Shown: in pieces, positions 27,336-35,884 of the stretch
Layout: every line of letters starts with the position of its first letter
Numbering within the stretch: position 1 is the first letter of the stretch
NCBI GenBank assembly: GCA_035400585.1
Contig: DAOMZR010000001.1
Location: 63,347-127,346 of the forward strand
Length of the DNA stretch: 64,000 nucleotides
Direction: 5' to 3'
DNA from: a bacterium
GTDB taxonomy: Bacteria > Patescibacteriota > Patescibacteriia > Patescibacteriales > UBA12465
Made by a program: the position numbers and the translations under genes
The notes under the pieces: generated by a model
Databases searched by the model: none
What the model was told of the DNA's origin: nothing
The model's input: only the letters and a program-made list of their open reading frames with translations

Positions 27336-29306
27336 ATGAGAATTTTTGAGATTTTAAGAAAAAACATTTTATTAATTTCACTCTTTTTTATTTCCAGTAT
27401 AATTATTATTGGCTCTTTTTTATATTATTTTTGGGTTTTAAATAATATTTCTTATTTTATTCTTCTTTTCTTAAGTCTTATATCAACCACTATTTTCTCT
27501 TATTTTATCATTTATAAGTCTTATCGGCAAGAAATAGAGGAAAAGGTGAGTGTTAATTTAAAAACAAAAAAAATTAATTTACTATTGTTTATATTAAATT
27601 TTTTTCTATTTCTATTTCTTGTTTTTGTTTTAATAAAAAGTTCTAGCAACTCGGCCATAATATCTCCTTGGCATTTAGTTCCGAATTATTTTTATTTAAT
27701 TTTAGCTCTGTTTTTGGTTTTAGTATTTTTTTCTTTTTATTTTCAATCCATTTTTTCTAAAACATTAGTTGTATTTATTTATTTTCTTTTTTTCTCAATT
27801 TCTTTTTTTATTTACAAGATAGCTTTTGGCTATGATCAATTACTCCATCAAAGGGCTTTAAGTGAAATATTGCAGTTCGGTCTTATAAACCCTAAAACCT
27901 TTTACTACATTGGGCAATATTCTTTGGAGTTCTTTTTGGTTAAAACATTGCCTTTCAAATTAGAACTTATTAGTCGGGTTTTGGTTCCGGTTTTGTCAGC
28001 CATTCTTATTCCTTTGAGTTTTTTTAAAGTTTTTAAAAATAAATTAAAGTCTAGTTATTATATCTTAATTTTGTTGTTGCTTTTGCCTTTTTCTATTTTT
28101 ACCTATACAGTTCCACAAAATTTGGCTTTTCTTTTTTTAACCATTTTGATTATTTTTTCTTTAAATAGAGATTTTGTTTCAGAAAGAAAAAACTATATTT
28201 TTTTATCCGCTTTATCTTTAGCTTCTTTTTTTGTTCATCCTTTAGCCGGTGTTCCAGCAGTGATTTTTGTTTTTATTCTTTTTTTATCAAATTTTAGAAT
28301 AATAAAGCAATCATTTTGGCAAAGAGTTTTAAAAAAAGAAAATAAAATTGAAATTATTAGAAAAACATTAATTATAATTTCTTATCTTACTCAAATATTT
28401 ATTTTGCCAATTCTTTTATTTTTTGTTGGCGGAAAGTTGTCTTGGCCTCAAATTAATTTTAGTTTTTTAATTCCTAGATTCTTGGGACAAGAAAATGTTT
28501 TTTTGAATCTTATTTATTTTTTGTTTTTTAATAGATTTTATATATTTTTAATCTTGTTTTTGGTTGGGATTTATTTTTGGTTTAAAAAGAATAAGGAAGA
28601 GAAAAATAGAGAAGATTGGTCTAATATTTATTTTTATAATTTTTTAGCCTTATTTTCATCTTATATCTTAAGTTTGTTTGTTTCTTTTTCGTTTTTGAGT
28701 GATATTGATAAAAATTCTTATTCTCAAAGGGTTTTAATTATTTCTTTATTGTTTTTAATACCTGTTTTTTTGAATTTATTTTTAGAAATAATTGAAAGAG
28801 TTAAAAAACAGGAAAAGAGTTTTAAATTTTATTCTCTTTTATTCTTATTATTGTTCTTGCTATCATCACTTTATCTAAATTATCCCCGCAAAGATAATTA
28901 TTTTAATTCTCGTGGTTATTCGGTTTCTAGTTCTGATTTTGAAACAGTAAAGCTCATTGAGGATGTTAAAATTAATGATAATTACATAGTTTTAGCCAAC
29001 CAACAGGTGGGCGCAGCCGCTATTAAAGAGTTGGGATTTAAAAGATATTATGACGGTTGGCTTTATTATTCAGTTCAAACCGGAGGATTGTTTTATGATT
29101 ATTATCTAAAAATGTTAGACAGGCCAAGCAGGGGCTTAATAGAAGAGTTGCTTTCTCAAATAGAGGCTGATAATGCCTATGTAGTAGTTAATGATTATTG
29201 GTGGGCTTATGAGCGAATAATAAATGAGATGAAAATTGAGGCTGATAGTTATTATCAAACGAGTGATGGAAAAGCTTCGATATTTCATTTTAGATTTGAT
29301 AAATAA
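27336..29306 (+). CDS. Large polytopic membrane protein with a C-terminal soluble domain (GT-C-like shape; function unassigned)
   Basis: 656 aa with more than 12 hydrophobic segments, then a non-membrane tail of about 150 aa. It sits at the edge of the glycan locus. Confidence 0.55.
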   Translation: MRIFEILRKNILLISLFFISSIIIIGSFLYYFWVLNNISYFILLFLSLISTTIFSYFIIYKSYRQEIEEKVSVNLKTKKINLLLFILNFFLFLFLVFVLIKSSSNSAIISPWHLVPNYFYLILALFLVLVFFSFYFQSIFSKTLVVFIYFLFFSISFFIYKIAFGYDQLLHQRALSEILQFGLINPKTFYYIGQYSLEFFLVKTLPFKLELISRVLVPVLSAILIPLSFFKVFKNKLKSSYYILILLLLLPFSIFTYTVPQNLAFLFLTILIIFSLNRDFVSERKNYIFLSALSLASFFVHPLAGVPAVIFVFILFLSNFRIIKQSFWQRVLKKENKIEIIRKTLIIISYLTQIFILPILLFFVGGKLSWPQINFSFLIPRFLGQENVFLNLIYFLFFNRFYIFLILFLVGIYFWFKKNKEEKNREDWSNIYFYNFLALFSSYILSLFVSFSFLSDIDKNSYSQRVLIISLLFLIPVFLNLFLEIIERVKKQEKSFKFYSLLFLLLFLLSSLYLNYPRKDNYFNSRGYSVSSSDFETVKLIEDVKINDNYIVLANQQVGAAAIKELGFKRYYDGWLYYSVQTGGLFYDYYLKMLDRPSRGLIEELLSQIEADNAYVVVNDYWWAYERIINEMKIEADSYYQTSDGKASIFHFRFDK

Positions 29307-29330
29307 AAAACAAAATATATTTTAGCACTT

Positions 29331-29360
29331 AAAACCATTATAAAAAATAATGGTTTTTTT
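29331..29360 (+). terminator. Rho-independent terminator
   Basis: AAAACCATTAT / ATAATGGTTTT form an 11-bp stem with loop AAAAA, followed by a T-run. Confidence 0.8.
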
Positions 29361-29414
29361 ATAATTAATTTAAATTTTAAATAATTTGTTTGTGATATAT
29401 TAATGCAGATTTAT

Positions 29415-29443
29415 TTGACTTAAAAATAATTCTAATATAATAT
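29415..29443 (+). promoter_or_regulatory. Candidate promoter of the toxin-antitoxin operon (TTGACT -17- TAATAT)
   Basis: TTGACT at 29415-29420. The -10-like element overlaps the left arm of the palindrome. Confidence 0.45.
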
Positions 29444-29475
29444 ATCAATATAACAATTTTGTTATATTGATATAT
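29440..29475. promoter_or_regulatory. Perfect 17-bp inverted repeat (2-nt spacer), probable antitoxin operator
   Basis: ATATATCAATATAACAA tt TTGTTATATTGATATAT ends 8 nt before the toxin ATG. Confidence 0.65.
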
Positions 29476-29483
29476 GACTATCA

Positions 29484-29849
29484 ATGAACAAAATCAACGA
29501 ATATTTAAATTCTAGAGGTGATAATGTTATTTTAGTATATATTAATAACTTAGCAAAAACTGGTCGACTAGATCATGCTAAAAAAATATTAAAAACAATA
29601 GAAAGATTGGAAAATAATGAACTAGGATTGTTATTAAAAATTAAATTAGTTAAGAAATTAAAAGGGTTTAATAATATATTCGAACTTATTATTAATTGGA
29701 AAGACGCTAATTATAGAATATTTTTTTCTATTATAGATAACATTTTTTGTTTAACTAATATTTTTAATAAGAAAAGACAAAAAACTTCAATAAAGGAAAT
29801 AAAACTAGCAGAAGTAAGAAAAAAAGAAATTATAAATAATTTAAAATAA
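29484..29849 (+). CDS. Type II toxin, HigB / Gp49-like (RelE/ParE superfamily)
   Basis: The C-terminal pattern NYRIFFSIIDNIFCLTNIFNKKRQKTSIKEIKLAEVRKKE is typical of Gp49-like toxins. The gene lies directly upstream of an XRE HTH gene. Confidence 0.7.
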   Translation: MNKINEYLNSRGDNVILVYINNLAKTGRLDHAKKILKTIERLENNELGLLLKIKLVKKLKGFNNIFELIINWKDANYRIFFSIIDNIFCLTNIFNKKRQKTSIKEIKLAEVRKKEIINNLK

Positions 29850-29850
29850 T

Positions 29851-30162
29851 ATGAGTGTTAATAATTTAAAAAAAGAATTATTTAAAAACAAAAAGTTCAA
29901 AAAATATTATAACAATTCTTCCGATTTAAGTCTGGAAATATCAGAAAACATTATTAATGCCAGACTAAAAAATGGTTTAACCCAAAAAGATTTGGCCGAG
30001 TTATTAAAAACTAAACAATCCAGTATTTCTCGACTAGAAAAAGGTTTGTCTTTGCCTAGTTTGAGTTTTTTATTAAAAATCGCTGAAGCTTTGGGAATGA
30101 AATTGTCGGCTCCAAAACTTTTTACATATCCCGTTAGTGTCTCCTGTAAGAGTAATGTTTGA
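29851..30162 (+). CDS. XRE-family HTH antitoxin (HigA-like)
   Basis: LKNGLTQKDLAELLKTKQSSISRLEKGLSLPSLSFLLKIAEALGMKL. Confidence 0.8.
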   Translation: MSVNNLKKELFKNKKFKKYYNNSSDLSLEISENIINARLKNGLTQKDLAELLKTKQSSISRLEKGLSLPSLSFLLKIAEALGMKLSAPKLFTYPVSVSCKSNV

Positions 30163-30177
30163 TGTTTTAATAAATAA

Positions 30178-30204
30178 AAAAAGGAAACGTTAAGTTTCCT
30201 TTTT
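30178..30204. terminator. Bidirectional hairpin terminator
   Basis: AAAAAGGAAAC / GTTTCCTTTTT form an 11-bp stem with loop GTTAA. Confidence 0.8.
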
Positions 30205-30219
30205 GGCTTTATATTAATT

Positions 30220-30831
30220 TTATGGCTTCCAAATAAAACCTAATTTTAAGAGTTGGGAGCCGTTTAAAAAATCCCAGCCAACATCAGTGTAGGCTGAAAA
30301 ATTTTTATTTATTGTTTGATTGTATTTTAACGAAGCGGTGTGTTGTGGTTTGTTATTCATATAATTAATCAAACAATAAGTAGTGGTAAATCGCCAGATG
30401 TGAATATTCGCAGCATTAACTGCAAAAATGAATTGGCTATTTTGGAGATCAATTTTTTCTCCTGGATTTCCCATAATCCAACCAAACCAATGCAAGGTAC
30501 TGAAATGTTTGCTTGGATTTATAGTTAACATCGGCCCTCCATAAGGAACATTATAAAAATATCCAATATTTGGGCCAAAGTATGCCTTTCCTTTAAATAA
30601 TTGAAAAAGATAAGTGAGCTCTAGATCATTTTCGCTTAAACAAACTTGAAAAATATTACCATTGTTTTCCATGTTTAGATAAGCATAAAGCCCAGATGTT
30701 ACCGCCCCCTTTCCGGAGGAAATTTCTATATTGGATAATGTAAAGTTCTTTTTTGAATCGATTGAGTCAGTTTGAGCGACAATTACGATAAAAGATAACA
30801 TTATTCCAGTTAATAGCAGAATTTTTTTCAT
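30220..30831 (-). CDS. Secreted protein with beta-barrel-like alternating pattern, unknown family
   Basis: The signal peptide is MKKILLLTGIMLSFIVIVAQ. Amphipathic beta-strand-like segments run throughout. The C-terminus is LLKLGFIWKP. Confidence 0.6.
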   Translation of the reverse strand: MKKILLLTGIMLSFIVIVAQTDSIDSKKNFTLSNIEISSGKGAVTSGLYAYLNMENNGNIFQVCLSENDLELTYLFQLFKGKAYFGPNIGYFYNVPYGGPMLTINPSKHFSTLHWFGWIMGNPGEKIDLQNSQFIFAVNAANIHIWRFTTTYCLINYMNNKPQHTASLKYNQTINKNFSAYTDVGWDFLNGSQLLKLGFIWKP

Positions 30832-30839
30832 TTTCTTTT

Positions 30840-31397
30840 TTATTTAAAGTTAATAGCTAAAGATACTACTCCTTTTATTTTTTCATCTTCCAGATCGTAA
30901 AGAGGAGCTGCCCATAAAGTAAAATCTTTTGTTAATTTTACTTCCATTCTTGGTCCAACACCATTAAATCTTCTAGCCATTATTCCAGCAGAGATTTTTT
31001 TCCATGATTTCATTGTTTGGGTGTGATACCAGTAATTGTCGTCTCCTTGTCCCTTTTCGGCCACCAAAAGAAAATGTATTCCAGATTTGAAAGCTATAAA
31101 AGCACTAGTTGCCATTCGGAATTTATTTCCACCGGTTTCAATTCCAGCCGAAACAGAAAAACATGAATTAGCAGTGGGCGAGAAAGTCGGCCCAAAATTT
31201 GCCTCAGCCCAACCAGCTTCACTTATTAAAGAAAAAAAGGTTAAACCAAATTTTTCATTAAAACTTTTATTGGTTGAAAAATTGATTACAGGCGTAATTC
31301 TTTCTTTGTTTATTTGTCCAAAAAATTCCATTTTTTGTCCAAAAACAGAAATGGGGAGGATGGATAGTAAAAAAAGTGCAAAAAGTAAATTTTTCAT
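30840..31397 (-). CDS. Secreted protein with beta-barrel-like alternating pattern, unknown family
   Basis: The signal peptide is MKNLLFALFLLSILPISVFGQ. The C-terminus is KGVVSLAINFK. Confidence 0.6.
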   Translation of the reverse strand: MKNLLFALFLLSILPISVFGQKMEFFGQINKERITPVINFSTNKSFNEKFGLTFFSLISEAGWAEANFGPTFSPTANSCFSVSAGIETGGNKFRMATSAFIAFKSGIHFLLVAEKGQGDDNYWYHTQTMKSWKKISAGIMARRFNGVGPRMEVKLTKDFTLWAAPLYDLEDEKIKGVVSLAINFK

Positions 31398-31672
31398 GAC
31401 GATTTATTTTTAAGTTTAACAATTAGATTATTTAGTAAAACTATTTTTACCAAACAATTTTGCTAAATAACCTAATTATAAACTGTTTTTTAAAGTGCGG
31501 ATACTAACCTTAAATTATATCATATTTAAACTATTTTGTCAATGTTAAATAATATGTTGTAATGTTTTTTAGAAAATAATTTTTATTGACTTTTATCTTT
31601 AAATAGTGTAGATTGCTTTAATACTTGATGTATTGGACATTAAAATTCATTATTAATTTTAAATTTTAATAA

Positions 31673-32005
31673 ATGCCGAAAAGAAGAAATATTCTGGTCG
31701 TCAGCGATCAACAGTTAATAGCGGAGTTTAAATGTTTATTCCGTTATGGTTTTAATGTTTTTTTTCTTCCACCAAAAGAAGCTTTTTCTTTTTTTCTCAA
31801 TAGTGAAATTGATTTCGTTTTTGTTTTTATGAATAATAACGAAATAGAAAAAATTGAAAGAGTTCTTCATGATATTGAGTTTTTTGCTGGAGAGGATGTC
31901 GAAATTTTTTGCTTAGGTTTTGTGGAAAATGGAAAGGGGATTAAAGAAAATTATATTCAACTTCCTCTTGATTCGCAAAAACTTTTAGATATCGTTAAAT
32001 GTTAA
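31673..32005 (+). CDS. Stand-alone receiver-like (pseudo-receiver) domain protein
   Basis: NILVVSDQQ ... GFNVFFLPPKEAFSFF ... IDFVFVFMNNN ... YIQLPLDSQKLLDIV follows the CheY-like layout. Phe occupies the expected phospho-acceptor Asp position. Confidence 0.4.
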   Translation: MPKRRNILVVSDQQLIAEFKCLFRYGFNVFFLPPKEAFSFFLNSEIDFVFVFMNNNEIEKIERVLHDIEFFAGEDVEIFCLGFVENGKGIKENYIQLPLDSQKLLDIVKC

Positions 32006-32011
32006 CTAATG

Positions 32012-32036
32012 GCTATCCCTCGGGATAGCTTTTTAT
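32012..32036 (+). terminator. Rho-independent terminator
   Basis: GCTATCC / GGATAGC stem followed by TTTTTATTT. Confidence 0.7.
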
Positions 32037-32086
32037 TTGAAAATTGTTATTTAAATTGATATAATTTAATAAAATTAAATTTTAAT

Positions 32087-32830
32087 ATGAAAAATATTTT
32101 AAAACATAAAAATAATTGGGAAAAATTAGGCGAACTCGATCCTTTATGGGCTGTTTTGTCTGATAATAGCAAAAGATTTAATAATTGGAACATAGAAGAA
32201 TTTTTATCCACTGGATTATCTGAAGTGGAAAATGTCTTTTCTGTTATGAAAGAATTGCAAATCGGTCAAAATAGAGGGTATATGCTTGATTTTGGTTGTG
32301 GCGTTGGACGTTTGGCTCGTCATTGGTTAAAGCATTTTGATAAATATATTGGCTCTGACATATCTTCTAATATGTTGGAAAGGGCTAAAAAAATAAACCA
32401 AGATTTGGAGGTTAATTTTTTAGAAAATGGTGAAGATTTAAAAATATTTGAAAATGATAAATTTGATTTTATTTATTCTGGAATAGTTTTACAACACATG
32501 CCCAATAGAGAAACTATTAAAAAATATATTCTAGAATTTTATAGAATTTTGAAAAAGGATGGTGTTTTAGTTTTTCAATTACCAGCTAAAATTCCTTGGC
32601 GTTTTCGTTTACAACCAATTAGAAAAGCTTATTCGGTCTTAAAATTTTTGGGTTTAAGCGATGATTTTCTTTATAATCATTTAGGACTATATCCCATTAA
32701 GATGAATTTTATTTCAGAAAATGATATGAAAAATTTTTTAGAAAAGGTTGGTTTAAAAGTTGTGGATGTTAAACAAGATACTTATTGCGGTCCCTTGGTT
32801 AAAAGTTGTACTTATTACTGTCAAAAATAA
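32087..32830 (+). CDS. Class I SAM-dependent methyltransferase
   Basis: MLDFGCGVGRLARHW, IGSDISSNMLERAKK, FDFIYSGIVLQHMPN, LKKDGVLVFQLP. Confidence 0.8.
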   Translation: MKNILKHKNNWEKLGELDPLWAVLSDNSKRFNNWNIEEFLSTGLSEVENVFSVMKELQIGQNRGYMLDFGCGVGRLARHWLKHFDKYIGSDISSNMLERAKKINQDLEVNFLENGEDLKIFENDKFDFIYSGIVLQHMPNRETIKKYILEFYRILKKDGVLVFQLPAKIPWRFRLQPIRKAYSVLKFLGLSDDFLYNHLGLYPIKMNFISENDMKNFLEKVGLKVVDVKQDTYCGPLVKSCTYYCQK

Positions 32831-32836
32831 TTTGAT

Positions 32837-33943
32837 ATGGAAAATTTAATTAAAAAATTAAATGAACTTAGAGAAAAAGTTTTACGGGTTAAAAAGACTC
32901 TAAATATTGAAAGAAAAAAGGTTAAATTAAAAGATCTTAATTTTTTAATTGGGCAAGATGATTTTTGGACTGATAGAAATGAGGCCGTTAGAATAAGCCA
33001 AGAAGCCGAAGATTTAAAATTAGAAATTTCTCGTTTTGAAGAGTTAGAAGATGAGATTAAATCAATGGAAGAATTAGCTGCTTTAGCTAGTGAATATCAA
33101 GATGAATCGGTTTATGATGATATCAATGATCGTTTTCAAAATTTAGAAAAGAAATTTTCTCAATTAGAATTTTTATTGCTTTTTTCTGGTGAAGATGATA
33201 ATAGTCCAGCTATTTTGTCGATTCATGCTGGAACGGGCGGGGTCGATGCTCAAGATTGGGCGGAGATGTTAGAAAGAATGTATTTAAGGTTTGCCGAGAA
33301 AAAAGGTTTTAAAGTCGAAATTCTTGATAGAGTAACTGCCAACGAGGCTGGTATTAAAAATTCTACTTTTAGAATTAGTGGCGCCTATGCCTATGGTTAT
33401 TTTAAAAGTGAAAATGGCGTTCATCGTTTGGTGCGCATATCTCCTTTTGATGCCGAGCAAATGAGACATACTTCTTTTGCCGGAGTAGAGGTTGTTCCAG
33501 AATTAAGAGATGATTCGAGCATTGAATTGGAGGAGAAAGATTTGCGAATAGATGTTTATCGTTCATCTGGCCCAGGAGGGCAAAGCGTTAATACCACTGA
33601 CTCGGCCGTTCGAATTGTTCATCTTCCAACTAATATTTCAGTGGCCTGTCAAAGTGAGAGATCTCAACATCAAAATAAAGAGAGAGCTTTATCAATTTTA
33701 AAATCTAAATTATATAAAAAACAAAAAGAAGAAAAAGAAGAAAAGGAACGCAAAATCAAAGGTAGTGCTGGGCAGGGAACATGGGGAAAACAAATAAGGT
33801 CTTATGTTTTTCAGCCCTATCAAATGGTTAAAGATCATCGCACCAATCTTTCTTTAACTGATATTAATTCTGTTATGGATGGCGATTTGGATCAATTTAT
33901 TGAATCTTATTTATCTTTGATTTTAAAAAATAAAAATATATAA
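32837..33943 (+). CDS. prfB: Peptide chain release factor 2, single uninterrupted frame
   Basis: SPFDAEQMRHTSFA (SPF motif), SSGPGGQSVNTTDSAVRIVHLPT (GGQ), and QSERSQHQNKERAL. Confidence 0.95.
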   Translation: MENLIKKLNELREKVLRVKKTLNIERKKVKLKDLNFLIGQDDFWTDRNEAVRISQEAEDLKLEISRFEELEDEIKSMEELAALASEYQDESVYDDINDRFQNLEKKFSQLEFLLLFSGEDDNSPAILSIHAGTGGVDAQDWAEMLERMYLRFAEKKGFKVEILDRVTANEAGIKNSTFRISGAYAYGYFKSENGVHRLVRISPFDAEQMRHTSFAGVEVVPELRDDSSIELEEKDLRIDVYRSSGPGGQSVNTTDSAVRIVHLPTNISVACQSERSQHQNKERALSILKSKLYKKQKEEKEEKERKIKGSAGQGTWGKQIRSYVFQPYQMVKDHRTNLSLTDINSVMDGDLDQFIESYLSLILKNKNI

Positions 33944-33985
33944 TTTATCTTTAATTTTAATAGTTTTTATTTTGTTATTTGTATA

Positions 33986-34010
33986 ATACCGCTTTGAATA
34001 AGCGGTATTT
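33986..34010 (+). terminator. Hairpin directly after prfB and abutting the comEC start
   Basis: ATACCGCTT / AAGCGGTAT form a 9-bp stem with loop TGAAT, followed by TTATGTTTTT. Confidence 0.55.
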
Positions 34011-35540
34011 ATGTTTTTAGAGTATTTTTGGTTAATTGTTTCTATTTCTTTTTCTTTGGGAATAATTTTGGCTAATTATTTTTTTGTCTTTTTGAGGGGA
34101 AGGGGTTTTTTGTTTTTTATTATTTTTTGTTGTTTTTTTGTTGGAATTTTTATCGCTTTAAACTTAAAAAATATTTTAAAGCGAGATCAACTAGCTTTGT
34201 TTTTTGTTTTTCTTTCTTTTTTATCTTTAGCTTTTTGGCGTTATTTAGTTTCTTGGTCAACCATCAATTCTTTTAGTATAGAAAATTATAGCAATCAAAC
34301 TGTTAGCTTAATTGGGTCTATTAATTCCGAGGTTTATTTTAAAAATGAACAGCAGAAAATAAAAATAAAAGTTTTAAAAATAATTAAAGATAAAAAAGAA
34401 ATTAAAGTCGTTGGCAATGTTTTAGTAACCACCACCATGTATCCATTATATAGTCTCGGAGATATTTTGGAAATTAACGGAAAGTTGGTTTCTGGTGGTT
34501 TTATAGATAATTTTAATTACGATTTGTATCTTAAAAGAAATAATATTTCATTACTTGTTCATCATCCTAATATTGAGAAAATTGGTGTAACTAAAAATAA
34601 TTTTTTTATTAAAAAAATAATTCTTCGTTTCAAAAATATTATTATCTCTTTGTTTGATTTAAATCTTTCGCTAGATTCTTCTTCTTTGGCTAAGGCTATT
34701 TTATTGGGCGATAAAAGTGACTTGAGTTTAGAACAAAGACAAATTTTTTCTCAATCAGGTATTAGTCACGTTGTGGCCATTTCTGGTTTGCATATTAGCT
34801 TATTGTCTTCTTATCTCTTTAGTTTTTTATTGTTTGTTGGTTTGAATCGAAAAAAATCTTTTTACTTGGTCAACTCTTTTCTATTACTATATTTAATTTT
34901 AATCGCTTGGCCGGCCTCGGCTATTAGGGCTTGTTTGATGGGGTTTTTATCTTCATTAGCTATTTATTTAAACAGAAAAAGCGATATTTCTAATATTTTA
35001 TTTTTTTCATCTTTTGTTTTAATATTTTCCAACCCTTTTTTACTTTTAATTGATCTCGGATTTCAATTATCTTTTCTAGCTGTTTTAGGTATCATTTATG
35101 TTTATCCGAAATTAAAAGAAAAATCCGATATTATTCTAAAAAGAAATAAATTTTTTAAAAATAATAAAAAAATTTTTGTTAAAATATTTGATATTATAAA
35201 TATAACTATCTCGGCTCAAATCACTACCGCTCCTATTTTGATTAAAAATTTTGAACAATTTTCTTTAGTAGCCCCGTTATCAAATTTTTTGATTCTTTGG
35301 ACGATACCTTTAATAATTATTTTTTTAATTCTAGCTTCAATTCTTTCTTGTGTTTTGCCGTTTTTTTCTTTTTTATTTTTTTTGCCAGTTGAAATTTTAT
35401 CTAAATATTTATTTTTTGTTTCCAAAAACGTTTTATTAATTCCAAAATCTTTTATTGATTTTGATTATTGGCCATTTTGGTTCTCGTTACTTTATTATGG
35501 TTTAATTTTTTATTGGCTTTTTAGAAAAACAAAAAAATAG
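34011..35540 (+). CDS. comEC: ComEC/Rec2-family DNA-uptake channel, lacking the C-terminal metallo-beta-lactamase domain
   Basis: AKAILLGDKSDLSLEQRQIFSQSGISHVVAISGLHISLL is the competence-domain core. The protein is polytopic and ends at 509 aa inside the membrane region. Confidence 0.85.
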   Translation: MFLEYFWLIVSISFSLGIILANYFFVFLRGRGFLFFIIFCCFFVGIFIALNLKNILKRDQLALFFVFLSFLSLAFWRYLVSWSTINSFSIENYSNQTVSLIGSINSEVYFKNEQQKIKIKVLKIIKDKKEIKVVGNVLVTTTMYPLYSLGDILEINGKLVSGGFIDNFNYDLYLKRNNISLLVHHPNIEKIGVTKNNFFIKKIILRFKNIIISLFDLNLSLDSSSLAKAILLGDKSDLSLEQRQIFSQSGISHVVAISGLHISLLSSYLFSFLLFVGLNRKKSFYLVNSFLLLYLILIAWPASAIRACLMGFLSSLAIYLNRKSDISNILFFSSFVLIFSNPFLLLIDLGFQLSFLAVLGIIYVYPKLKEKSDIILKRNKFFKNNKKIFVKIFDIINITISAQITTAPILIKNFEQFSLVAPLSNFLILWTIPLIIIFLILASILSCVLPFFSFLFFLPVEILSKYLFFVSKNVLLIPKSFIDFDYWPFWFSLLYYGLIFYWLFRKTKK

Positions 35541-35560
35541 GCTGTTAACCTATTTTTTTT
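35531..35560. terminator. Bidirectional hairpin terminator between comEC and rpmB
   Basis: AAAAATAGG / CCTATTTTT stem with a 7-nt loop, flanked by A-runs and T-runs. Confidence 0.7.
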
Positions 35561-35575
35561 ATCTCCAATTTCTTG

Positions 35576-35884
35576 TTATTTTTTGCTTGTTTTTTTTACT
35601 GTTTTTTTTACTGCCTTTTTCTTTTCTACCTTCTTAACTTCTTTTTTTACTGTTTTATTTTTAGCCTCAGTTTGTTTAAGAGTATTTTTCATCTTTTTTT
35701 CTGCTTCAATTTTGTCATTTTTTTTCATTGTTCTTAAACAAGTAGTACAGATTTTAGCTTTAATTCCCATGATATTTCTGTTTTGTAAATTAATACCTTG
35801 TCTTTTTAAAGTTTTGATATTAGAGTGTGATCTGCTGGCGCCTTTAGTTGAGCTTCTTCCACAGATGTCGCATTTCTTTCCCAT
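35576..35884 (-). CDS. rpmB: Ribosomal protein L28 (Cys-containing form) with a Lys-rich C-terminal tail
   Basis: MGKKCDICGRSSTKGASRSHSNIKTLKRQGINLQ ... CTTCLRT matches the L28 pattern. A K-rich extension of about 45 aa follows. Confidence 0.75.
   Translation of the reverse strand: MGKKCDICGRSSTKGASRSHSNIKTLKRQGINLQNRNIMGIKAKICTTCLRTMKKNDKIEAEKKMKNTLKQTEAKNKTVKKEVKKVEKKKAVKKTVKKTSKK

Noticed and set aside
31036-31413. 125-aa plus-strand ORF antisense to 30840..31397, and the 62-aa ORF at 30340..30528
   Set aside because: Both lie entirely within the better-supported minus-strand ORFs, which have signal peptides. Their composition is typical of antisense shadows.
32837-33943. Programmed +1 frameshift in prfB
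   Set aside because: The whole RF2, including its N-terminal 30 or so residues, is in one frame from the ATG at 32837. No in-frame TGA or CTTTGA-type shift site is needed.
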